Shown here: in pieces, positions 9,976 to 20,597 of the stretch
Numbering within the stretch: the first letter of the stretch is position 1
Layout: the number at the start of each line of letters is the position of its first letter
Source: Clostridia bacterium
Lineage (GTDB): Bacteria > Bacillota > Clostridia > Oscillospirales > CAG-382
Direction of reading: 5' to 3'
Assembly: GCA_017560085.1 (NCBI GenBank)
Contig: JAFYPA010000051.1
Span: forward strand, 6,918-70,917
Length of the DNA stretch: 64,000 bases
Notes under the pieces: model-generated
The model's database searches: none
Told to the model about the DNA's origin: nothing
Seen by the model: the letters and a program-made list of their open reading frames with translations, nothing else
Translations under genes and position numbers: made by a program

Positions 9976-12189
9976 ATGAAAATAAAATCCTGCGAAATAA
10001 AAGACTTCGGTAAGCTCAGCGACCGCACGGTTGAATTCGGTGACGGTATAAATGTTATAAGAGGCAGAAACGAGTCCGGGAAAAGCACGCTTTCCCATTT
10101 CATAAAATACGCCTTCTACGGCTTTTACGGCAAGGGCAGAGACGAAACGGGCAACGAAAAAACCAAGTTTTCTCCCTGGAGCGGAAAAAAGGCATCGGGA
10201 GCACTCGTCCTTGAAAGAGAGGACGGCGAGGTGTTCAGAGTCGAAAGAAGCGCTGACACAAGAGGCGCAAAATGTAAAATCTACGACAGTGCAATGGATA
10301 TCTGCTATGACGGTGAGGAGGCGGGAAGCGTATTCTTCGGAATGGACGTCTGCGCCTTTTCAAAAAGTGCATTCATAGGTCAGGACGATGTAAGTCCCGA
10401 CGATATGAAGGACCTCGGAGCCGTTCTTGAAAAGCTGATTATGCGCTCGGACGACGAGGACACCGACTGCGACAAGGCAATAAAAAGCCTTACAAGCACA
10501 GGCAACAAGCTTATGAGCAAAACCGGTACCTCGGGAAAAATCCCCGAGCTTTCGGCACTTCTCACATCCCTTTGCCAAAGGCGCGAGAGTGCATCGGAGA
10601 AGTACAGAATCCTTGCCTCCTCCGAGCTTTCCGCATCCGAAACGGAGAAGAAGCTTTCGGAATGCGAGAGCCGTCTTGAAAGGCTTTACTCCGAGGCGGA
10701 AAACATAAGCGCATACAAGGCCTCCGAAATGCTTGAAAGACTGAACGAGGCAAAGGAAAAAAGCGACAGAAGTGAGGAAATCTACAGGGAAACGGCGGAA
10801 AAATCCGCAATCAACGGCTTTATTCCCGACAGAAGATTCCTTGACGAGCTTACAAGAACATATTCGGATTATATAGCCTCCGTGCCGGACTGTATATCCT
10901 CAAAAAGCAACCTTGACGATGCAAAGGAAGAACACGACAGACTGCTTGCCACTCTTTACGAGGGCAACGGCTTCAAGGGCAGTGCCGAGGAGGTCGGACA
11001 AACGGTAAACGGGCTTTGCGAGAAGGCGGACGAGCTTTGCGCTAAGGCTAAAAGGCTTAAAACGCTTGCAATCGTATTCCTGTGTCTTGTGCTTACAATT
11101 CCGATTTCGGTTGTTCTTTTTATATTGCATTCGAAAAAGAAGAAGGAGCTTTCCAATCTCCTCGGAGAATACGGAATTCCCGATGTGAAGGCACTTCTCG
11201 AATACCGCAAAAAATACGAGAGAGTATGCGAAGAGCTTAAGGCGGCAAAAAGAAACATCTCCGACAAGACGGCAATATACGAAAGCAGCAGAATAAAGTG
11301 TGCCGCAAGCGAGGAGCTTCTCTATACCTCCCTTATGAAGATAGGCTATGCAGACTCAAGGGACAAGGTTGCACAGTGTACCGAAATCATTAAGGACAGC
11401 CTTATTCCCAAAATCAGAAACGACGTATACGAAACGGAAACGGCATATTCGGTATACAAGGAGCATCTCAATGCATACAACGCTCTTTCCTCCGTTAGCA
11501 ACAGAGCGGAGCTTGAGGCACTTGCCGCCAAAAAGCAGAGCGAGCCTCCGAAGAGAGCCAAGGAGGACGTCGATACCGCAATAAGATACGACGAGGGCGC
11601 AAGGGCACTTCTCTCAAAGAAGCTTTCCGAGCTCAGAGCGGAAATCGCAAGAATGGGTGCCGTAACCGAGGACCCCGCCGACATCCGAAACGAGGTCTGC
11701 CGTGTTGAAGCAGAGCTTGAAGATGCAAAGAAGGAGCAGAAGGCAATCGCACTTGCGGTTCAGCTTCTTACGGAAGCAAGAGACGGCATAAGAGGCAATA
11801 TCTTCCCGCAGGTGTCAAAGCGGGCGAGTGAGCTTTTTGCGAAATTTACCGACGGCAAATACAGAGCCCTTTATTTTGATAAGGAATTTACCGTAAAGGT
11901 GCTTGAGGGCGGAGACACGGAAACAAGAAGTGCGGGCTTTTTAAGCTCGGGCACGGCGGATGCGGCGTATATCGCACTCCGTATAGCACTCTCGGAGGTG
12001 CTTTCCGAAAGCAAGCCTCCCATTATCTTTGACGACTCCTTTGCAAAGATGGACAGCGCAAGACTTGAAAGGATTCTTGATGTTCTGAATTCGCTTTCCT
12101 CGGAATATCAGATTATCATTCTCACCTGCCACGACAGAGAAGAAAAAATGCTTGAGGGCAAGTGCAGAGCGATTGCTTTTGACGAGTAA
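9976..12189 (+). CDS. YhaN/SbcC-like SMC-type ATPase (AAA_27) with a central hydrophobic segment
   Basis: Walker A GRNESGKST, long coiled coil, signature LSSGT, Walker B IIFDD, H-loop LTCH. Confidence 0.85.
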   Translation: MKIKSCEIKDFGKLSDRTVEFGDGINVIRGRNESGKSTLSHFIKYAFYGFYGKGRDETGNEKTKFSPWSGKKASGALVLEREDGEVFRVERSADTRGAKCKIYDSAMDICYDGEEAGSVFFGMDVCAFSKSAFIGQDDVSPDDMKDLGAVLEKLIMRSDDEDTDCDKAIKSLTSTGNKLMSKTGTSGKIPELSALLTSLCQRRESASEKYRILASSELSASETEKKLSECESRLERLYSEAENISAYKASEMLERLNEAKEKSDRSEEIYRETAEKSAINGFIPDRRFLDELTRTYSDYIASVPDCISSKSNLDDAKEEHDRLLATLYEGNGFKGSAEEVGQTVNGLCEKADELCAKAKRLKTLAIVFLCLVLTIPISVVLFILHSKKKKELSNLLGEYGIPDVKALLEYRKKYERVCEELKAAKRNISDKTAIYESSRIKCAASEELLYTSLMKIGYADSRDKVAQCTEIIKDSLIPKIRNDVYETETAYSVYKEHLNAYNALSSVSNRAELEALAAKKQSEPPKRAKEDVDTAIRYDEGARALLSKKLSELRAEIARMGAVTEDPADIRNEVCRVEAELEDAKKEQKAIALAVQLLTEARDGIRGNIFPQVSKRASELFAKFTDGKYRALYFDKEFTVKVLEGGDTETRSAGFLSSGTADAAYIALRIALSEVLSESKPPIIFDDSFAKMDSARLERILDVLNSLSSEYQIIILTCHDREEKMLEGKCRAIAFDE

Positions 12190-12330
12190 GCCTCGTTGGG
12201 GTTTTGTATGAAAAACAAAGTGAGAAACGGGATTTCGCACGGGCTGTTTGCTCTTGTTACGAATACGGCGGAGCAGCTTATACAGCTTCGTGTGAAAATC
12301 GGAAAAATCATAAGAAAGCTTGGTGAAAAA

Positions 12331-13107
12331 ATGGAACTTAAAATTATGACCTTCAACCTGCGCTGTGACTGCGGTGCGGACGGTATAAACAACTGGGTGC
12401 ACAGAACAGACCTCGTAAAGGAAGCAATTTACGGCGAAAGCCCCGACATCATCGGCTTCCAGGAGGTAACAAGAAGAATGCTTGAGGACGTAAGAGGACT
12501 TATCGAGACCGATTACGCAATATTCGGTGCGGGCAGAAATGCCGACTATACGGGAGAGGGCGTAAACATCGCCTTCAAAAAGGACAAATTCGACCTTCTC
12601 GGTCTTGAAACCTTCTGGCTCTCCGATACACCGAATGTTCCCGGCTCAAGATACGAGAGCCTCGACCAGTCCACCTGCCCGAGAACGGCGCTTATTTCGG
12701 AGCTCGCACTCCGCGGAAAAGGCAAAAAGCTTTACTTCTGCAATACTCACCTTGACCACCTCGGAGAGCAGGCTAAAATTCACGGTGCAAGACTTATCTG
12801 CGAAAAGCTTGAGGCAAAGTGCACGGACAATGATACGGTTATTATCACCGGTGATATGAACGCCACACCCGAATCGGGTCCCATAAAGGAATTCTGCAAC
12901 AGCAGCCTCGGCACAAAGGACATAACGGACGTAAACGAGGCTACCTTCCATCAGTGGGGAACACGCCTTGACGAAAGCATAAAGATAGACTACATCTTCA
13001 CCAACGCAAAAAAGAGCGACAAGCCCTGCAAAATCGTGAAGGAATACGAAAAGGACGGCGTATACTGCTCGGACCACTATCCCGTCTGCGCATATGTTGA
13101 AATCTGA
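12331..13107 (+). CDS. Endonuclease/exonuclease/phosphatase family protein
   Basis: IMTFNLR, DIIGFQEV, NTHLDH, ITGDMN, IDYIF and SDHYPV motifs. Start placed at MELKIMTFN. Confidence 0.92.
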   Translation: MELKIMTFNLRCDCGADGINNWVHRTDLVKEAIYGESPDIIGFQEVTRRMLEDVRGLIETDYAIFGAGRNADYTGEGVNIAFKKDKFDLLGLETFWLSDTPNVPGSRYESLDQSTCPRTALISELALRGKGKKLYFCNTHLDHLGEQAKIHGARLICEKLEAKCTDNDTVIITGDMNATPESGPIKEFCNSSLGTKDITDVNEATFHQWGTRLDESIKIDYIFTNAKKSDKPCKIVKEYEKDGVYCSDHYPVCAYVEI

Positions 13108-13180
13108 TTCAAAGCAAAAGAAAAACGGATGTGTACCGCAAAGGATGCACATCCGCATTTTTTATTTATTCGTTACCGTA

Positions 13181-13735
13181 TTAAGCCTTGGTGTTGAACT
13201 TGCGAAGCAGAATTACAGCTCCTATACAGGTGAATACCGTTTCGGGGAGCATATAAGCTCCGTTGTAAAGAAGCGAGTAGAGATAGGGACTCGCAAAGCC
13301 CGCATCAAGTGCGCCGGAGCTCCAGATGGTAACACCGGAAATGTAGTGGCAGGCAAATCTGACAAGGCACGCAAGCACAATACCCGAAACCTGACGCTTA
13401 AAGCCGTTATTTCCGAAAACACCTGCAAGACCGAGAGCGGAAAACGCAAGTATATAATCAAGAAGGAAGCACAGTATAAGAACTGTAACGGAAAGTCCCC
13501 ATCCCACAGCACCGGACACAAGAGCCTGAGTCCAGGAGTAAACAAATGCCGTACCAAGTCCCCACTTTACACCGTGACGAAGTGAAACCATACACACGGG
13601 AAGCATTGAGAGAAGGGTAATCGAGCCGCCAAAGGGCATTTCCCATATTTTTATAAGGCTCAGAACGAAGGACAGCGATACCATTATCGCACATTCAACA
13701 AGAATAAAAAGTCTTTTTTTGCTATTGCTTTTCAT
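13181..13735 (-). CDS. thiT: ECF-type thiamine transporter S component ThiT
   Basis: MPFGGSIT, LLDYILAF, RFACHYISGVTIW and YSLLYNGAYM; preceded by a TPP riboswitch. Confidence 0.93.
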   Translation of the reverse strand: MKSNSKKRLFILVECAIMVSLSFVLSLIKIWEMPFGGSITLLSMLPVCMVSLRHGVKWGLGTAFVYSWTQALVSGAVGWGLSVTVLILCFLLDYILAFSALGLAGVFGNNGFKRQVSGIVLACLVRFACHYISGVTIWSSGALDAGFASPYLYSLLYNGAYMLPETVFTCIGAVILLRKFNTKA

Positions 13736-13769
13736 AAAATATCACCTTTCTTTTGTAAAAGTAAAATGT

Positions 13770-13805
13770 AAAAAATAAAACCGCACTCCTTAATATCGGT
13801 GCGGT
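13770..13805 (-). terminator. Expression-platform terminator of the TPP riboswitch
   Basis: On the minus strand, stem ACCGCAC/GTGCGGT followed by TTTATTTTT. Confidence 0.75.
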
Positions 13806-13831
13806 AAAAATACATTTCTCTTACAAAATAA

Positions 13832-13920
13832 TTCTTCCTACGCCGGTATTATCCGAACAGGTTAAAAGGGTTCGGAAAAATTTCCGTCTCAGCCGGGAAA
13901 ATACCCAGCACCCCTGAATA
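13832..13920 (-). ncRNA. TPP riboswitch
   Basis: Minus strand reads CAGGGGTGC...GCTGAGA...ACCCTTTTAACCTGTTCGGATAATACCGGCGTAGGAAG, matching the THI-element consensus, upstream of thiT. Confidence 0.95.
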
Positions 13921-13990
13921 TTAAGTATTGCGGTGATATATGCCGTTGTCGACCTCGGCATACTTGTCTGATAAGCTCTTATCGTGTGTT

Positions 13991-14019
13991 ATTATAGCCG
14001 TATTGCGGGCACGATTCAA
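13991..14019 (-). promoter_or_regulatory. Sigma-A promoter of the TPP-thiT transcript
   Basis: TTGAAT-17 nt-TATAAT on the minus strand. Confidence 0.7.
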
Positions 14020-14306
14020 GGTGATTTGATGAATTTTTTTAGAACAATTAGATTTTTCCTCTTTTTTGGTATGCAAAAATAACATAAACCGACAATTGGG
14101 TGTGTGCTTTGACGAATAGCACAAGGGATTGTGTCTGTCGTTTGTGCAAAGTGATAAAAATTATTTTTTTAACGAATAACTATTGCATTTTTTTGAAAAT
14201 ATGGTATACTATATATAGTAAATAATTTTGACGGAAAGGAAGCGACTGCGAAGGGTCGTTTCCTTTTTGTTGTGGTATGGCTGTATTTATGCCGGAAAGG
14301 ATTTGT

Positions 14307-14795
14307 ATGGCAAAGGAAAATTCAGTAAAGAAGGCAAAAAACATTGCAGAGCAGGTTTCACTTCTCATAAGAGACGCCGTTGAAGAATGCGGATGTACTC
14401 TCTGGAATGTTGAGCTTGTAAAGGAGGGCGCAGACCTTTCTCTTGTTATCAGCATTGACAAGGAGGGCGGCGTAAGCCTTGAGGACTGCGAAATGGTAAA
14501 CGATGCGGTAAATCCCATCATCGACGAGGCAGACCCCATTGAGGAGGGCTACTATCTTGAGGTATCCTCCGCAGGACTTGAGCGTGAGCTTTCAAAGCCC
14601 GAGCACATTCTCGCATACATAGGAAGCGACGTAAGCATAAAGCTTTATGCCCCTATGGACGGCAGAAAGAACTTTGAAGGAAAGCTTAAGGCGTACGACG
14701 AAGAAAACAAAACAGTAACCGTTCTTGAGGGCGAAAACGAAACAGTTATCGAGCAGTCCAAAATTGCGGTTATGAAGAACACCGTTGAATATTAA
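14307..14795 (+). CDS. rimP: Ribosome maturation factor RimP
   Basis: IDKEGGVSLEDCE, YYLEVSSAGLEREL; first gene of the rimP-nusA-infB operon. RBS GGAAAGGA. Confidence 0.96.
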   Translation: MAKENSVKKAKNIAEQVSLLIRDAVEECGCTLWNVELVKEGADLSLVISIDKEGGVSLEDCEMVNDAVNPIIDEADPIEEGYYLEVSSAGLERELSKPEHILAYIGSDVSIKLYAPMDGRKNFEGKLKAYDEENKTVTVLEGENETVIEQSKIAVMKNTVEY

Positions 14796-14827
14796 CTTAA
14801 TATAAATTCGAAAGGACAAAAGGAAAA

Positions 14828-16210
14828 ATGAACAAAGAGTTTTTCAAGGCACTTGATTTGCTTGAGCGTCAGAAGGGTATTCCGAAGGAGTACATGAAGG
14901 AAAAGGTTGAAGCGGCGCTTCAGGCAGCCTTCAGAAAGGAAACAGGCACAACAAACGTTAAGGTCGTTCTTGACGACGTTAAGATGGACGTTAAGGTTTA
15001 TCAGCAGCTCGCCGTAATCAACATTGAAGAGGAAGAGCGCAAGGCACAGGAGGAATACGAAAGACGCGAGGCGGAAAAGGCAGCTCTCGCAGCGGAGCTT
15101 GCTGCAGAAGCAGGCGAGGAGCCCGAGGCTGAGGACGAATTCGAAGAGGAATTCGACGAGGATGAGGACGACGGCTTCGTATTCAACAAGGAGCTTTCCA
15201 AGAAGCCCGAGGAAAAGAAGGAAAGATGGGGCTTCAGATTCAACCCCAATCTTCACATAACCGTAGAGGAAGCACAGAAGAAGAGCAAGAGATACAAGGC
15301 AGGCGACGTTTACGAAATTGAAATGAAGCCCAAGAACTTCGGCAGAATCTCCGCTCACGCCGCAAAGCAGGTTATCGTTCAGGCGATAAAGGAGGCTGAG
15401 CGCGGAATGATGATTAAGGAATACGAAAGCAAGAAGGAAGAAATCGTAACTGCAGTAGTTTCCAGAATCAATCCCATGAACGGCGACGTTACTCTTGAAA
15501 TCGGCAAGAACGCGGTTGTACTCTTCAAGAAGGAGCAGATTCCCGGTGAAGAGCTTCGCGAGGGCGATGTTATCAAGGTATTCGTTCTTGAGGTTAAGAA
15601 GGAGGCAGAGGGCAGAGGTCCCGCAGTTGTTCTTTCCAGAACTCACGCAGGCTTCGTAAAGAGACTCTTCGAGCTTGAGGTTCCCGAAATTCAGGACGGC
15701 ACGGTTATCATAAGCTCCGTTGCAAGAGAAGCGGGCTCAAGAACAAAGATTGCCGTTTACTCAAGAGATGAAAATGTTGACGCAATCGGCTCCTGCATCG
15801 GTGCAAAGGGTATGCGTAAGAACAATGTTACAAAGGAAATCGCAGGCGAAAAGATCGACATCGTTAAGTACAGCGAGGATCCCGAGGAATTCATCAAGGC
15901 GGCACTTGCTCCCGCACAGGTTGTTTCCGTAACTCTCGCAGACGACGGCACAAAGGCTTGTACGGTTCTTGTTGACGACGACCAGCTCTCCCTTGCAATC
16001 GGTAAGAAGGGTCAGAACGCAAGACTCGTTGCAAGACTTACAGGCTACAAGATAGACATCAAGAGCGCGGCTGATGCAAGAAGAGCGGCTCTTGAGGACC
16101 TTGCTACAGGCAAGACAGAGGCTTCCACATCCTTCGGTGCGGCATTCGCTCAGGCATATGCGGCAAAGATGGCAGACGAGGCTGAGGGCAAGGAAGAAAC
16201 AGAAGAATAA
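14828..16210 (+). CDS. nusA: Transcription termination/antitermination factor NusA, with an acidic insertion in the N-terminal domain
   Basis: FGRISAHAAKQVIVQ, VVLSRTH, AREAGSRTKIAV, LSLAIGKKGQNARLVARLTGYKIDI. Confidence 0.98.
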   Translation: MNKEFFKALDLLERQKGIPKEYMKEKVEAALQAAFRKETGTTNVKVVLDDVKMDVKVYQQLAVINIEEEERKAQEEYERREAEKAALAAELAAEAGEEPEAEDEFEEEFDEDEDDGFVFNKELSKKPEEKKERWGFRFNPNLHITVEEAQKKSKRYKAGDVYEIEMKPKNFGRISAHAAKQVIVQAIKEAERGMMIKEYESKKEEIVTAVVSRINPMNGDVTLEIGKNAVVLFKKEQIPGEELREGDVIKVFVLEVKKEAEGRGPAVVLSRTHAGFVKRLFELEVPEIQDGTVIISSVAREAGSRTKIAVYSRDENVDAIGSCIGAKGMRKNNVTKEIAGEKIDIVKYSEDPEEFIKAALAPAQVVSVTLADDGTKACTVLVDDDQLSLAIGKKGQNARLVARLTGYKIDIKSAADARRAALEDLATGKTEASTSFGAAFAQAYAAKMADEAEGKEETEE

Positions 16211-16294
16211 TGCAGACTGACTGCTAAGCATAAATTGACAGAAAACTGAAGTGTAATCTTCGCAATACCGGTAAGCGGTAATTTTGGAGGACTA

Positions 16295-16564
16295 ATGGTA
16301 AAGAAAATACCCGAAAGAAAATGCATGGGCTGTGCGGGAAAATTTCCCAAGGGCGAGCTTCTTCGTGTTGTAAGAAGTCCCGAGGGTGAGGTTTCCCTTG
16401 ACCTTGCAGGTAAGAAAAACGGCAGAGGCGTATATATATGTAAAAACCCCGACTGCTTCAAAAAGGTCCGCAAGGGCGATAAGCTTTCAAGAAGCCTTGA
16501 GATTAAGGTTCCGGACGAGCTTTACGACAAAATCGCGGAGTTGATAGAAGGCGGTGAGGGCTGA
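16295..16564 (+). CDS. ylxR: YlxR/RnpM family RNA-binding protein
   Basis: PERKCMGC, LLRVVR, GKKNGRGVYIC; position in the nusA operon. Confidence 0.93.
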   Translation: MVKKIPERKCMGCAGKFPKGELLRVVRSPEGEVSLDLAGKKNGRGVYICKNPDCFKKVRKGDKLSRSLEIKVPDELYDKIAELIEGGEG

Positions 16565-16941
16565 TGTACGCAAATATAGCAGAGGGTCTTGATGTCACGT
16601 CGGCAGAGGAAAAGCTTCTGGGTGCCATGGGACTTGCCAAAAGAGCGGGAAAGCTTATCACGGGTGCAGAGCTTTGCGAGGAAACAATAAGAGCGGGGAA
16701 ATCGCAGATTGCGTTCCTTTGCTCGGATATGTCGGAGAATTCATACAAGAAGCTCCACGCGGCTCTGAGAAATTCGGATTCCTCCTATATAAATCTTTCG
16801 GCTACAAAAGAGGAGCTTGCAAAGAGATTCGGGAAGAAATCCTATGTCGTTGCGTGTGTTATCACGGACAAGGGCTTTGCCGAAATAGTTTATAAGGCGC
16901 TCGGTATTACCGAAGGCAAAATTCTACACGAGAGTAAATGA
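16564..16941 (+). CDS. L7Ae/L30e-family protein (YlxQ/RplGA)
   Basis: [23 protein letters not shown]; located between ylxR and infB. Confidence 0.9.
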   Translation: MYANIAEGLDVTSAEEKLLGAMGLAKRAGKLITGAELCEETIRAGKSQIAFLCSDMSENSYKKLHAALRNSDSSYINLSATKEELAKRFGKKSYVVACVITDKGFAEIVYKALGITEGKILHESK

Positions 16942-16955
16942 AAGGTGTGTTGTTT

Positions 16956-19900
16956 ATGGCGACAAGTTCAAATAATACAATGAAAATCAGTCAGCTTGCA
17001 AAGGATCTTAAGCTGAAAAACAAGGATATACTTGATATACTTACGGAAAACGGTATCGAGGGCAAGACTCACAGTATGGGTCTTGACGACGCTGAATTCA
17101 GCGTTGTGTTCAATGCCGTAACCAAGAAGAGCACAGCTACAGAGGCTGACTTCTTCTCCTATGATGTTGAAGCTGTTGCAAAGGCTGCCGCTGATAAGGA
17201 AGCCGCTGAAAAGGCAGCTAAGACAGCAAAGAAGACAGAAGAAAAGACAGAAGCAAAGAAGGAAGCAAAGGCAGAGGCTAAGGCAGAAGCAAAGCCCGAG
17301 GCTAAGGCAGAAGTAAAGCCCGAGGTTAAGGCAGAAGTAAAGCCCGAGGCTAAGACAGAGGCTAAGCCCGAGGTTAAGGCAGAAGCAAAGCCCGAGCCCA
17401 AGCCCGAAGTAAAGAAGGAAGAAAGACCTGCCGATAACACAAACGGCAAGCCCTTCGAAAAGAAGCCCTACGGTGACAGACCTCAGGGTGACAGACCCTA
17501 TAATGGCGAAAGAAAGCCTTACGGTGACAGACCTCAGGGCGACAGACCCTATAATGGCGAAAGAAAGCCTTACGGTGACAGACCTCAGGGTGACAGACCC
17601 GCATACGGTGAAAGAAAGCCCTACGGTGACAGACCTCAGGGCGACAGACCCGCATACGGCGAAAGAAAGCCCTACGGCGACAGACCTCAGGGTGACAGAC
17701 CCGCATACGGTGAAAGAAAGCCCTACGGTGACAGACCTCAGGGTGACAGACCCGCATACGGCGAAAAGAAGCCTTACGGTGATAAGCCTCAGGGCGGAAG
17801 CTTCGGCGGCGGATTCGGCGGAGGCTTCGGCGGTGACAAGGGTGGCTTTGGCGGAGGCTTCGGCGGTGCAGATAAGTTCGGCAAGAAGCCCCAGAACGGC
17901 AAGAACGATAAGAGAGGCGGCGGCTTCGGCGGTATGGGCAAGGAGGACGAGGATGGAAATCAGTCCGTACGTCAGCCCAGCATCAAGCCCGTATTCGATA
18001 AGGACGGACGTGCACAGAGCCGTTACAAGAGCGAAAATGTAGAAAAGAAGTCCTTCGATGCGGAAACAGAGGACGGAAATGTAAGACTCGTTGACCTTCG
18101 CGCAGGTGAGGTTGACCTTTCCAAGTACGACGAAAAGTACGATAACCTCGCAGGCGTTGTTGGTTACGATGAAAACGCTCCCAAGAAGAAGAACGCAATC
18201 CAGAACAGCCAGAAGAATGCTCAGAAGGGTCAGAACGGCAAGAACGGCAAGAATGACTTCTCCAAGGGCGAGCAGAACTTCAGAGGCAAGGACTTCAAGA
18301 AGGACAAGAACAACAAGAAGGGCAGAGGAAGCGTTCCCGCAGAGCCCCCCAAGAAGTTCACAGGTCCCGTAACAATTCCGGACGAAATTATGATTTCCGA
18401 CCTTGCGGCAACTCTCCGTATTACAACAGGTGAGGTTGTAAAGAAGCTCCTTATGATGGGACTTGATATGGCAAGCGTTGGTGCGAATAAGATTATTGAC
18501 TTTGATACAGCATATCTCGTGGCAGACGAGCTCGGCATTGTTGCAGAGCGTGAGGTTGTCGTAACTCTCGAGGAAAAGCTCTTCGCAGAGGAAGAGGAAA
18601 CAGACGATATGCGTAAGACCAGAAGCCCCGTTGTCTGCGTAATGGGTCACGTTGACCACGGTAAGACATCACTTCTCGACGCAATCCGTGATACACACGT
18701 TACAAGCGGCGAAGCAGGTGGTATTACCCAGCATATCGGTGCTTATATGGTTAACATCAACGACAGAGATATCACATTCCTTGATACTCCCGGTCACGAA
18801 GCCTTCACGGCAATGAGAGCAAGAGGTGCTCAGGCTACGGATATCGCAATCCTGGTTGTTGCGGCGGATGACGGTATCATGCCTCAGACAGTTGAAGCCA
18901 TCAACCACGCAAAGGCTGCAGGTATTCAGGTAATCGTTGCAATCAACAAGATGGACAAGCCCACAGCTAACCCCGACAGAGTTAAGCAGGAGCTTGTAAA
19001 CTACGAGCTTCTCCCCGAGGACTGGGGCGGAGATACAATCTGTGTTCCCGTTTCCGCACTAAAGAGAGAGGGTATTGACGAGCTTCTCGAAATGGTACTT
19101 CTCGTAGCGGATATGAAGGATCTCAAGGCTAACCCCGACAAGGCGGCAAAGGGTATCGTAATCGAAGCAAAGCTCGACAAGGGCAGAGGCTCTGTTGCTA
19201 CAATCCTCGTTCAGGACGGTACTCTCCACGCAGGTGATATCGTTATCGCAGGTATGGCAACAGGTAGAGTAAGAGCTATGACCAACGACAGAGGCGAAAC
19301 AGTTAAGGTTGCAGGCCCCTCTGTTCCCGTTGAAATCATCGGTCTTAACGGTGTTCCGGATGCCGGTGACGAATTCAGAGCCGTTGCAGACGAAAAGATG
19401 GCAAGAGAGCTTGTTGAAAAGAGAATCCACGAAGCTAAGGAAGCCGAATTCAAGGCTAACTCCAAGGTTTCTCTTGAGGACCTCTTCAGCCAGATTAACG
19501 AGGGTGCGAAGGAACTCACAATTATCGTTAAGGCGGACGTTCAGGGCTCTGCTGAGGCTGTTAAGTCCAGCCTTGAAAAGCTTTCCAACGAGGAAGTAAA
19601 GGTAAGAGTAATCCACTCTGCGGTAGGCGGTATCAACGAAAGCGACGTTATGCTTGCGGATGCATCCAATGCAATCATCGTAGGCTTCAATGTTCGTCCC
19701 GATAAGAATGCTACGGACAAGGCTGAAAGAAGCGGCGTAGACATCAGAACCTACAGAGTTATTTACGATATTATCGAAGAGGTTAAGGCAGCTCTTTGCG
19801 GTATGCTCGCTCCCGAATTCAAGGAGGTTGTTCTCGGACACGCTGAGGTTCGTCAGACAATCCATGTTCCCGGTGTCGGCACAATCGCAGGCTCCTATAT

Positions 19901-20144
19901 CACAGACGGTAAGGTTGCAAGAAATGCGGAAATCAGAGTTGTCCGTGACGGTATCGTTATATTCGAGGACAAGATTTCCTCTCTCAAGAGATTCAAGGAC
20001 GACGCAAAGGAAGTGGCTCAGGGCTACGAGTGCGGTATCGGTCTTGAACACTTCAACGACATCAAGGAGGGCGACATTCTCGAAGCCTTCATTATGGAAG
20101 AGGTTGAGCGCAAGCTTGAGTCTGTAAAGGGTCTTAACGCATAA
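16956..20144 (+). CDS. infB: Translation initiation factor IF-2
   Basis: [38 protein letters not shown] and [11 protein letters not shown]. Start placed at MATSSN. Confidence 0.98.
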   Translation: MATSSNNTMKISQLAKDLKLKNKDILDILTENGIEGKTHSMGLDDAEFSVVFNAVTKKSTATEADFFSYDVEAVAKAAADKEAAEKAAKTAKKTEEKTEAKKEAKAEAKAEAKPEAKAEVKPEVKAEVKPEAKTEAKPEVKAEAKPEPKPEVKKEERPADNTNGKPFEKKPYGDRPQGDRPYNGERKPYGDRPQGDRPYNGERKPYGDRPQGDRPAYGERKPYGDRPQGDRPAYGERKPYGDRPQGDRPAYGERKPYGDRPQGDRPAYGEKKPYGDKPQGGSFGGGFGGGFGGDKGGFGGGFGGADKFGKKPQNGKNDKRGGGFGGMGKEDEDGNQSVRQPSIKPVFDKDGRAQSRYKSENVEKKSFDAETEDGNVRLVDLRAGEVDLSKYDEKYDNLAGVVGYDENAPKKKNAIQNSQKNAQKGQNGKNGKNDFSKGEQNFRGKDFKKDKNNKKGRGSVPAEPPKKFTGPVTIPDEIMISDLAATLRITTGEVVKKLLMMGLDMASVGANKIIDFDTAYLVADELGIVAEREVVVTLEEKLFAEEEETDDMRKTRSPVVCVMGHVDHGKTSLLDAIRDTHVTSGEAGGITQHIGAYMVNINDRDITFLDTPGHEAFTAMRARGAQATDIAILVVAADDGIMPQTVEAINHAKAAGIQVIVAINKMDKPTANPDRVKQELVNYELLPEDWGGDTICVPVSALKREGIDELLEMVLLVADMKDLKANPDKAAKGIVIEAKLDKGRGSVATILVQDGTLHAGDIVIAGMATGRVRAMTNDRGETVKVAGPSVPVEIIGLNGVPDAGDEFRAVADEKMARELVEKRIHEAKEAEFKANSKVSLEDLFSQINEGAKELTIIVKADVQGSAEAVKSSLEKLSNEEVKVRVIHSAVGGINESDVMLADASNAIIVGFNVRPDKNATDKAERSGVDIRTYRVIYDIIEEVKAALCGMLAPEFKEVVLGHAEVRQTIHVPGVGTIAGSYITDGKVARNAEIRVVRDGIVIFEDKISSLKRFKDDAKEVAQGYECGIGLEHFNDIKEGDILEAFIMEEVERKLESVKGLNA
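17457..17795 (+). repeat. 51-bp (17-aa) in-frame tandem repeat in infB: six full units plus one partial
   Basis: E(R/K)[12 protein letters not shown](YN/AY)G x6, then [11 protein letters not shown]. Confidence 0.95.
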
Positions 20145-20212
20145 CAGACGGATTTCATCCGATTTTAAGACAAGGAATTCATAATGAATTCAACTGAAAG
20201 GATTTCATAAGA

Positions 20213-20557
20213 ATGCCTAAGAAAAACAATTATCATACAGGCAGAGTCAACGAGGAAATGGCAAGAGAGCTTACGGAAATTCTCCGTGCCGTGAAGGACC
20301 CGAGAGTTTCTAAAAGCTTTATAAGCATACTCCGAGTTGACACAGCCGCAGACCTTCGTAATGCCACCATCCACTATAGTGTTCTGGGTGAGGGCAGAGA
20401 CGAGGTTAAAAAGGGACTTAAGAGCGCAACGGGATTTATAAGACGCGAGCTTGCTATGCGCTTAAATCTTCGTGCAACACCCGAGCTTTGCTTTGTCTAT
20501 GACGACTCCATCGAGCACGGTGCTCATATCGCAAAGCTTCTTGAGGACCTTAAGTAA
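20213..20557 (+). CDS. rbfA: Ribosome-binding factor A
   Basis: VKDPRV, DLRNATIHYSVLG, GFIRRELAMRLNLRATPELCFVYDDSIEHG. Confidence 0.96.
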   Translation: MPKKNNYHTGRVNEEMARELTEILRAVKDPRVSKSFISILRVDTAADLRNATIHYSVLGEGRDEVKKGLKSATGFIRRELAMRLNLRATPELCFVYDDSIEHGAHIAKLLEDLK

Positions 20558-20597
20558 TTTATTTTAAGAAAGAAAACGGACGAATTGGGGATTTGAT

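Noticed and set aside
17457-17795. 51-bp tandem repeats as a CRISPR array
   Set aside because: The units are contiguous and in-frame within infB, with no unique spacers and no cas genes.
16968-18659. 563-aa minus-strand ORF, and similar long antisense ORFs over secA, murA, metG, nusA and the surface protein
   Set aside because: These are shadow frames of highly biased genes; they have no RBS or motifs and are Leu/Val/Cys-rich as expected from antisense codons.
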